NCBI GenBank assembly: GCA_043228905.1
Contig: JBHGNT010001006.1
Span: 1 to 13,010, forward strand
Source: Azolla caroliniana
Taxonomy: Eukaryota > Plantae > Polypodiophyta
DNA length: 13,010 nt
Direction: 5' to 3'
Made by a program: the position numbers and the translations under genes. Of the stretch, positions 1 to 7,491 are shown piece after piece (positions within the stretch are counted from its first letter, which is position 1; every line of letters starts with the position of its first letter). The notes beneath the pieces were generated by a model. It saw nothing but the letters and a program-made list of their open reading frames with translations. It did not search any database and had not been told where the DNA came from.

Positions 1-1526
1 ACATATGGGCATTGAACTACCTCCACTGAATGCGGCCCTGGTTGAGGTACATTGGGAATTGGCTAGAGTGAGTGTGGGGGCCAAGGATATGGCTAGCAAG
101 AATAAAAACATGTGGAAAACAGCCAAGTTGACTCAAGCCCAATTACAGAAGGGCCAAGAGCGCTTTACAAAGCTCGAACAGAGCGTTACTAGGGCACCGC
201 AAAATCCTGAACCAACAGCGGGTGAGGACCCCTCGATAACCCTACAAGAGGAGATAGCCGCACAACAGGCCTTCGCTGCTAAAGCAAAAAGGGCTACACA
301 GCTTGCGAAGTCCGAGATTGACTGCCTCCGCTTCGAACTCCGCCAATCCTCCGACAAAGAAAAGGACATACGGGCCAAAGGCCGAAAGGCAATGAAGGCA
401 CTCGAAGCGGAGGTAGCAAGCACACCCGCATGAAAGAAGAAAACACCAAACTACAGGAGGAAGCCCAAAAGTTGGAAGCCGCGATCACAGGACTCCAGGA
501 GTTATTGGAAAAGAAGAAAGTGTGGTACGACAAGCAGCTCATATGAGAGCAGGAGGTGAGGCATCAGGTCAAAGTTCACCTGAACAATGAAATGGGCCAG
601 CTGGAGGAATTACACTTGAAAGAATCCCAGATATGGGCAAGGATGAAGAACCATTATGAGGAAGCGGTTGTGGTTAATAAGCATGAAATCGAAAACCTCA
701 AAAAAACCCTGGAAGAAGCGCACAACCGTTGCCAAGTCATAACGAACAACGTGCGCATACTTCTTCAAACAAATCGGGAGAGGTTTACGGCGCAATTACA
801 AGCAACGGTAGACAAAGGCTGGATGGCGTGGGCAACACAAGCGGCGAGTTGCATACCTACTGGGCGGACTGGGAAAACCGTAGAAAAGAAGGCCGAGGTT
901 TCTACAAGCTCAATGAGGAAGGCATTGCGGCAGTACGCGAGGAACAAACACAGGATTATCGCACGCTAGCGGACCAACACTCCGAGGAACTTGCGCAGCT
1001 TCTGGACGATTTCAGCGAAAGTCAGGACGATATGTTTCACCGAATCATGGAAGCAAGCAGCATGCGGCAAAGAGCGGAGCCCATCACGATACCAGAAAGT
1101 GAAACCGTAGAACAACAGGAACCTCAACCCAATTCTCCGGAGATGACAACTATGGTAAGCAACACACGTCTAAGAACGGAGCCCATCGTGATACCAGAAA
1201 GTGATACCGTTGAACAGGAGGAACCTCAGCCCAATTCACTGGAGATAACAATTACGGTCGGCAACACTGAGGAAGTTACGGATAGGACAGAGCCTCAACC
1301 TACCGAGAGCCCGCAGACGGAAGAGCCAGCCATAGTAGAACGGAATGAGCCAATAGAGCTGGGTCCGCCCACGTAGGGAGAAGTTTACGCCATGGAAACC
1401 CCCATGACGACCGAGGAAGTACAAGATAGGCAACTGAGCAATGACGCTCCTACGGGCACTGCATCGTCCTCGAACCAGTACGTAGGAGCGGAGCCAAACA
1501 TCCGGGATATTTTGGAGGAAGAATAG
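1..1526 (+). pseudogene. Decayed coiled-coil / acidic Pro-Glu-Thr-rich ORF, probably an accessory ORF at the 3' end of an LTR retroelement
   Basis: Track ORFs 5-433, 556-969 and 729-1376 join into one reading via frameshifts (~430, ~845) and in-frame stops (TGA 544-546, TAG 1374-1376). The last frame continues to TAG 1524-1526. Glu/Lys/Gln/Ala-rich helical composition is followed by an acidic tail. No family recognised; the retroelement origin is inferred from the following purine tract and LTR-like DNA. Confidence 0.55.
1075..1267 (+). repeat. Diverged in-frame tandem duplication, 102-bp period
   Basis: Copies begin CGGAGCCCATC at 1075 and 1177 and encode EPITIPESETVEQQEPQPNSPEMT and EPIVIPESDTVEQEEPQPNSLEIT. 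Confidence 0.85.
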
Positions 1527-1535
1527 AGGGATGGG
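1514..1535 (+). other. Possible polypurine tract preceding an LTR
   Basis: GGAGGAAGAATAGAGGGATGGG at the end of the ORF, followed by TGTG at 1541. Confidence 0.35.
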
Positions 1536-1540
1536 TCTGA

Positions 1541-1633
1541 TGTGCCATGGCACTGTCCCACAGGCGTGCCAGGTGTTGTCCAATGGAATCGTAACCGACG
1601 GACAGAAGCGCAAAAATATTATAATGTAGTAAA
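1541..1633 (+). mobile_element. Putative LTR, left part (interrupted by the DNA transposon)
   Basis: Starts TG just after the purine tract and rejoins 10635 onward when the transposon and one TSD copy are removed. No second LTR copy in the window to confirm. Confidence 0.35.
1630..1633. repeat. Left target-site duplication TAAA
   Basis: GTAG-TAAA|AACACG; the same 4-mer follows the right TIR. The A-run makes the exact boundary slightly ambiguous. Confidence 0.7.
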
Positions 1634-1669
1634 AACACGTTCGCGTTCACAAGTGGAAGGATTGCGCAT
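1634..1669 (+). repeat. Left terminal inverted repeat
   Basis: AACACGTTCGCGTTCACAAGTGGAAGGATTGCGCAT equals the reverse complement of 10595-10630 except at 1663. Confidence 0.95.
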
Positions 1670-2001
1670 TCCACTTGTAGAATCTTCTTAAAACGAAGCA
1701 AATACACCCTCTCTACAATAATTGGATGCACTAGTATCACATGTTCCTCAACTTGATAAGAATTTGCAAATATAAAAATACATGATAGATCTACGAGTGG
1801 AGATCATTAGAAATCATGCAAGTTTAGACATGTTGATAAGTTAATGTATCTAAATAAAGTTCAACTATGGCTCAATATGGCACTATTGTGCGACAAGGGA
1901 AACACTAACTTAAAGACTTATATTAATTAGGTAGGTTTTACAAAATTATGAGGTGTACTTGTATCCATACTAATAAAATGAGATATAATTTATACTTTGA
2001 G

Positions 2002-2287
2002 CCATACGTGCATGTATGTAATTGTCGAAAATGTAGGATAGTGCACATTAGGATAAGTGATTGGAATAACTAACTTATTAAAGTATTCAATACTTATATT
2101 AAAAGTTGATCTAATCTATTCCTCAGTTTGTTCATATGGGATCAAACCATATGTGTATATAATTGTGCACAATGTAAGGCAGTGAACTTTAGGATAATGT
2201 CGTGGAAATAACAAACCTATTAGGCTTTCATACCTATATTTAAAATTGATCTACTCTATTGCTTAGGTGATTCACACAAGATCAAAC
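2002..2287. repeat. Diverged tandem duplication (~140-145 bp unit) in the left subterminal region
   Basis: 2002-2147 and 2147-2287 share colinear blocks: CCATA.GTG, TAATTGT, AATGTA, TTAGGATAA, AATAAC, TATATT, TTGATCTA.TCTATT, GATCAAAC. Confidence 0.75.
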
Positions 2288-2681
2288 TCCGAACGATAAC
2301 GCAACTGGAACCATTATCAACACACTACACAATCTAAGCAGCAATGGAATAGAAACTAGACCTGTTTTAACAATATAAGACAAAGATCCATAATAACAAC
2401 ATGGACAGTCATGGCAATAATTATAGGGCCATGTTCTGTTAAGGTTAGCTTGGACCAAAATCAGCCTCCATTTAAGCTAGTTCATGTTTCTCCATAAGTT
2501 TGGTAGTCAGCTATGCACGCGGTGAAACCAATATCATAAATCTACTAATGAGGTATATAAAAATAAAATTGAAACATATAGATGATTATAAAGAATAGAA
2601 TCCACTAGGTAAAACCCAAAATTTGTATTAATAATGTGAAATCTTAACAAATCGTCAGTGTCATATTCTTTATAGAGTCTA

Positions 2682-3034
2682 TTACATAGCAATCAATTCA
2701 TCTACGTCATTTTCTTCATCATCTTGTGTAGAACTGTCTTCGGCTATACGTGCATTGGTTTCCCCTGTTAGCCGGGCCAACGAAATATCTTCTATAAGCT
2801 CATCATCAAGCTCTATTAGCTCTCCCGGTTCGCCGGCTAACGGAGGAATAGGCTCTCGCGAAGCGGGTTGAAACCTTTCTGTATTGGCGAGGTTCTTTGC
2901 ACCGACCTCCTCATCCTGGTCTGGGCACTCCCACAAAGCCTTAATCCGCATATTAATAAATATAACTTGGTCCTCGTCCTTCTCCAATGCAACTGTATTC
3001 CTAAACAGCTTCAATGCACATGCTGACGTAGTTC
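2682..3034 (-). CDS. Exon 6: end of SAM-binding motif and acidic C-terminal tail
   Basis: Acceptor CACAG|GA; reads (G)TTSACALKLFRNTVALEKDEDQV...DELIAM*, extending track ORF 2682-3014. Confidence 0.85.
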
Positions 3035-6000
3035 CTGTGATGTAAGTAACAAGAAGATTTAGTTGTCAAACGAAAAAAAAGGGATTGGTTATCTCAAGAT
3101 CGTTACCCTAGTTCGAGGAATACCTGTGCCAGAAAAGAGATCTAATATCCAGTCTCCTTCGACAGAAAACATCTCGATCAAGCGCATCATAAGTCGTTGA
3201 GGTTTTTGGTATGGGTTGACAAGTCCCCGTTCTGTCGTGGTGACATGTCGCAATTTCCGAGTCACTGCTGGATATACCAACAGATTTGAACCTCCCACTT
3301 CATTAGAATGCTCTTTGATTCTCTGTTTTTTAATTTCATCGAAGTAGCCAACCGTTATGTATTCAATGGCATTAACGAACCGAAAAGTTGGCCCTCTATT
3401 TACATTGGTCTTGATCCTATAAAAAATAATTCATCGAGTTAAAAATAGATTCAACAACCTTAAGAATTGCAATATAATGAAAGACACCTATAAATAATCC
3501 TTACCATGCAAGGTTCTCGATGCCATGGCAACGAGATCTCAAAGCTTGAGCTACCGAGTACCCTTGGTCCATACTATGAAAGACAACTATTCGCCACAAG
3601 GATGCGGTCGTTAGCTCAGCGAAATCCTTGACCATCTTCTCCAATTGTTTAAACCTAAACGGTTCATCGTCGTATGATGACCCAGCCATTCGAAATCCGT
3701 AAGGAATATCCGCAATCATTAGCGTATATTCCTTCTTTGGCACCTTCTGGATCAAGTCGATGACATCACCGCAAACCACATTGTAGTAAAGATCTCTCGT
3801 AATATCTTTCTTGTGGCTAAATTTTTTAAACGAGCCATCTTCCTCCATTTCGTACGCCTTGACTAAGCGACGATCCTTTTCTTTTCTAGCTCGCTCGAGA
3901 TGTGCAAGGAAGGATGTAGGGAAATCGTGTATATCCTTAACTTCTCCTTGTTTCTTGCCTCGACACGGTTTCTAATAGAAGCAATAGGACATCAGGTATT
4001 ATTACGCAACCTCTACATATGATGAAAGGGTAATGAAAAAATATCAATACTAACCCAATCCTTGAATGCAATAAAATACTCTGATAACGCCTCGGTCACT
4101 TGTTCCCAAGTTATACATCCAAGTTGTTTCATCATTACTTCTTGGATCTTCATGTACACCTTATGACTGTAAAATTAGAAATCAAGATTAGAACTTTGAA
4201 TTACACCAGATAGACTACAATTTCAGTATTTGAAAGACTTACTTATTGAACTCGGTGACCATTTCTTCAAGGCTTAAATCTTTCGCCACAACCCTTGACA
4301 AAACGGACACAAGAAGCTGCTCGTCCTTAATACCTTGCATCGCTCTCCATAGAGACAGCTTCATGTCGTCTGCCGCTTCTTCAATTGTCAAGTCAATTCT
4401 CTTGGCGGCTTGTGACTTTAATTCTAGTTGAGGGTCAACCCTACATTTCTTTTGTCGTTGACCCTTTACCTCCTTATTCTCCCACATTGAGAAGATTTGA
4501 TCTTGGAGGTCCCATACTTCTCCATCTCTAAACGCCAATTGAAACCAAGATTCATACTTTCGAAGACCATCGGACCTAACATTATCATCTACCACAATGC
4601 CGACTTCATGCAGACATTGACGTCGAAGGCCTGGATGTAACTTCACACCAAACTTTTGTTTCACATCTAAATACTCGTGGTGGAAGAACCGGATTCGCTC
4701 AATAGACGACATTTTCTGCCTATAGTCATTATCATTATTATGGTCCCATGCCAACAGCTTAGCCTCTTCGGTTGTGAGCCCAACATATATTTTGCACTCG
4801 GCATACTTGAAGAAGAAAGTGGTTGGATGTTCTCTGACAAGTTGTCGACGTGCCTCTGCTGAATGCGATCCACCAATGACAAAATAATTATATTGATCAT
4901 GCTTTCTAATATCAAAATCTTCAATGGTTTCACATTCTTCAGGATCCACCATAACAATAAAAGGCACCACTGTGGCATGAGGATTAATTTTCATTTTTTT
5001 CTTGAGATTTTGAACATGCATGCGATGAGGCTCTCTAATCTCAAGTGGTCTTCGACCTGTTTTTTCATCAATAGGGGGCCGATGGATGTGTGTTATAGGC
5101 AAATTAAATACTTGCCCTTTCCTGACCAGCTTCCGTTTCATTAACTCTCTTCTTATTTTATTCTGCTCGGATGACAAAACACCCGAGGCCAGCTCGGCTC
5201 CTGGCGTCCCCTTATTATCCTCTTCTTCATTGTCACTTGTCGAATCCGTATCCGACATTTTCGTTGTCTTCTTCTTGGCTGGTCTTGACTGGACTTTGGA
5301 TACCTTTTTAGTGGCCTTCAAGTGGGAGGGCTCTTCATCTCGTAGAGTTACATGGCCTTGTATATAAGGCCTCAAGGTAACAATCAGGTTTTGTGAGTTA
5401 TCAAGTGCTTTTTTGAACACTTCAGGCCCACAAGATTCCTTTACTAAAAGGTCTTCTGAAAGGAACACTTTGCGTACCCCCTTGGAGCACTCTATCATTA
5501 CCAGTATGTTGGCCGAATCTGCATCTTCGTAGTCAAATCGTAGAATTCGGCCATACATAAATGGAGTTTCTTTTCCTAGCTGCCCCTCACCCTTCTTCTT
5601 TGATGTATACAATACGACTTTTTTCTTTGAGTCGATATATTGCATACACCATTCCTTGTCCGTTAGATCTCGGTCAGGAAGGTCTTCGCCTCCAGTAGCG
5701 GCGACAATTTTCTTTTGGCTTACATCACTATGGGGCTGAGATTTTGTCTCTTCGTTAAATAGAAGCTTTTTTCCTCTCTTTATGGACTCCGGAGTTACCT
5801 TGGTCTGGGCTTCGATTGGAGAACCTTGTATGCGAAGCTTAATTTTCTTCACGGGTCGGTCTGACAGATTCTCAAACGACCTATTTAAGAAAGTATCCAC
5901 CATAACATAAGTTAGACAGTTACGTAGATTAAAGTTGTTATTATAATGAAGAACAGTTTCTAGGAGCAGTAACATATTCAAAAATCTATTGTAGGCATGG

Positions 6001-6668
6001 CTATTCAACCTAGAAAATATATATCGTAATAAGTAAAACGGGTTATATATTCTTTTAAATAGTAGATATGACTTATATAGATTCTAAACCTATATTGATG
6101 AGAATTTGCCATATTGAATGCAATTTGTAGATCATTTTCTACTATTTTAAGCTAAAGTAGGTCAAAAAACACCTATAATTAGAGCTTGTATTTGTTTAGA
6201 AGTAAGTAAACTCAACATAGAAAGACTGATTTTGACAGACAATTTGATAACATTTCCACCCCGTAAACGATTTTTCTCTCTCAAAGGCTACACTTTAAAC
6301 ACGAACTCGATACGCCGTATCGAGTTCGTGTTTAAAACCTATACTTTAAACACGAACTCGATACGGCGTATCGAGTTCGTGTTTAAAACTGACCTTTTAA
6401 ACACGAACTCGATACGGCGTATCGAGTTCGTGTTTAAAACTTACCTTTTAAACACGATCTCGATACGCCGTATCGAGTTCGTGTTTAAAGTATAGGTTTT
6501 AAACACGAACTCGATACGGCGTATCGAGTTCGTGTTTAAAGTGTAGCCTTTAAACACGAACTCGATACGCCGTATCGAGTTTTTCGGGAAACGAAACATA
6601 TTTACAAAAATGTCCACAGTGTCAGAGGCCTACCTGGACTCCTCGCGCTCGACTCTCTTGGAAGACAT
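2682..6668 (-). CDS. ParB/Srx-like domain fused to beta-class N6-adenine/N4-cytosine DNA methyltransferase, ~965 aa, 6 exons: 6668-6634, 5880-4243, 4166-4055, 3971-3505, 3416-3124, 3034-2682
   Basis: Five GT-AG introns (753, 76, 83, 88, 89 bp) with matching phases (2,2,0,2,1) give a 2898-nt stop-free CDS. ParB-like: PFIVMV...YFVIGGSHSAEARRQL...LTTEEAKLLAWDHN..R.KMSSIE. MTase: CGDVIDLI, LMIADIPYG (motif IV), LAWIKTN, EYITV, YQKPQRLMMRLIEMFS (X), GDWILDLFSGTGTTSACALKLFRNTVALE (I/II). Exon 1 is the least certain. Confidence 0.88.
3124..3416 (-). CDS. Exon 5: MTase WxK motif, QKP motif and DLFSGTG
   Basis: Acceptor TTTTTTATAG|G, donor AG|GTATT; reads (W)IKTNVNRGPTFRFVNAIEYITVGYF...QKP...DLFSGT. 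Confidence 0.87.
3505..3971 (-). CDS. Exon 4: MTase catalytic motif DIPY (3710-3699)
   Basis: Acceptor TTCTATTAG|AAA, donor TG|GTAAGG; in frame with track ORF 3501-3848. Confidence 0.87.
4055..4166 (-). CDS. Exon 3: helical linker
   Basis: Acceptor TTTTACAG|T, donor TGG|GTTAGT; reads HKVYMKIQEVMMKQLGCITWEQVTEALSEYFIAFKDW with phases matching both neighbours. Confidence 0.8.
4243..5880 (-). CDS. Exon 2: basic N-terminal region and ParB/Srx-like domain (~5111-4680)
   Basis: Most of track ORF 4239-6008; acceptor AAATAG|G at 5881, donor AA|GTAAGT at 4242; GGSHS at 4874-4860. Confidence 0.87.
6283..6581. repeat. Array of 43-bp palindromes with 8-bp spacers (51-bp period)
   Basis: TTTAAACACGAACTCGATACG-(C/G)-CGTATCGAGTTCGTGTTTAAA at 6294, 6345, 6396, 6447 (one substitution), 6498 and a truncated copy at 6549. 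Spacers: ACCTATAC, ACTGACCT, ACTTACCT, GTATAGGT, GTGTAGCC. Confidence 0.97.
6634..6668 (-). CDS. Exon 1 (coding part): MSSKRVEREES
   Basis: First ATG (context AACCATGT) in the presumed transcript downstream of the TATA box; donor AG|GTAGG in phase 2 matches the acceptor at 5881. Confidence 0.7.
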
Positions 6669-6720
6669 GGTTGATCGTGTTGTGTGGAGGCGGAGATCGC
6701 GCTTTCGTGCTTTGTGCCTT

Positions 6721-6784
6721 GAGTGCTCTGTGTGCTCTGTGTGCTCTGAGTGCTCTGAGTGCTCTGTATGCTCTGTACGCTCTG
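6721..6784. repeat. 9-bp tandem repeat (~7 copies) in the presumed 5' UTR of the MTase gene
   Basis: GAGTGCTCT/GTGTGCTCT/GTATGCTCT/GTACGCTCT units. Confidence 0.9.
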
Positions 6785-6808
6785 GTGAGTGAAATATGAT
6801 GAGGTCTT

Positions 6809-6820
6809 CCTATTTATAGG
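6809..6820 (-). promoter_or_regulatory. TATA box of the ParB-MTase gene
   Basis: CCTATAAATAGG on the minus strand, a plant-type consensus ~145 bp upstream of ATG 6668. Confidence 0.7.
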
Positions 6821-7040
6821 GATTGAACCCATGGTTAAAGTAACCATAGTTATCTTAACCAATGTTGGTAACTTTGAGGATAGTTAGTTTGTAACCATAG
6901 TCACATTAACTATAGTAACTTATGATTGTATTAATGATTACAAAGTCAAACTAATATATTGATCAATCTTTTATACTCATAACAACCTACAATCACTTCA
7001 AAGGTTATGAAGGAGACAATGATAGAGGTTCATGAATGTA

Positions 7041-7216
7041 CCAATGATTGATTACTAAAAGCAAAAATTTTTATGACTCTCAATAGTTATGTATTAAAGA
7101 TGTGGGCATGAATTAACCAATGATTGATAAGTCTAATAATTAAAATGGTGAGCCTTAAAGAATCAATGAGTGAGACGTTCTATATCAAAATGGGTGTCAT
7201 TAATTAGCCAATGATT
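7041..7216 (+). promoter_or_regulatory. Three CCAATGATT motifs in the divergent promoter region
   Basis: CCAATGATTGAT at 7041 and 7117, CCAATGATT at 7208; function as CCAAT-type boxes is inferred. Confidence 0.4.
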
Positions 7217-7410
7217 TTAACATTAATCCAACATATTCAAGGCTTGTTAATGATTAGTTTTATATTTTACTTGATTTAACATCATTTAGATCTAGTTTAT
7301 ATAATGATTGATAATTTAAGTTAAATTACTTTATTAAAAATAATTTTTAGATGTATTGTATTTTAATAGAATATTACATAATATAGACATTCTATTGATT
7401 TGGCTTTTGT

Positions 7411-7471
7411 TTAGAGAGAAGTTTATGTTTAGGGAGGAGTATATGGTTAGAGAGGAGTATAACTTAGAGAG
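7411..7471 (+). repeat. ~18-bp degenerate tandem repeat just upstream of the transposase ATG
   Basis: TTAGAGAGAAGTTTATGT / TTAGGGAGGAGTATATGG / TTAGAGAGGAGTATAAC / TTAGAGAG. Confidence 0.65.
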
Positions 7472-7491
7472 CCCTATCTAGACCTTAAGCC

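Noticed and set aside
1450-1740. ORFs 1450-1740 (-) and 10515-10700 (+) sharing CAILPLVNANVF
   Set aside because: The shared peptide is simply the translated TIR, and both ORFs cross the element boundary.
4246-5367. Short plus-strand and alternative-frame ORFs overlapping exon 2 (and similar ones over the transposase and copia regions)
   Set aside because: Shadow ORFs of longer motif-bearing frames with no recognisable features.
5881-6008. N-terminal ~43 aa of the 589-aa track ORF
   Set aside because: Non-ATG start and AT-rich intron-like sequence ending in an AG acceptor that is in phase with exon 1.
6232-6495. 87-aa ORF with LNTNSIRRIEFVFK repeats
   Set aside because: By-product of the 51-bp (multiple of 3) repeat period; non-ATG start.
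6294-6581. CRISPR array
   Set aside because: Spacers are only 8 bp and partly reverse complements of each other, the repeats are full palindromes, there are no cas genes and the context is a eukaryotic intron.
2682-6668. Bacterial restriction-modification system, prophage or contamination
   Set aside because: The gene has spliceosomal introns and a TATA box, lies within TIRs flanked by copia DNA, and no restriction endonuclease is seen.
6602-6862. ORFs with QSTQST / CSVCSE repeats
   Set aside because: Translations of the 9-bp UTR repeat; the minus-strand ORF runs across the TATA box.
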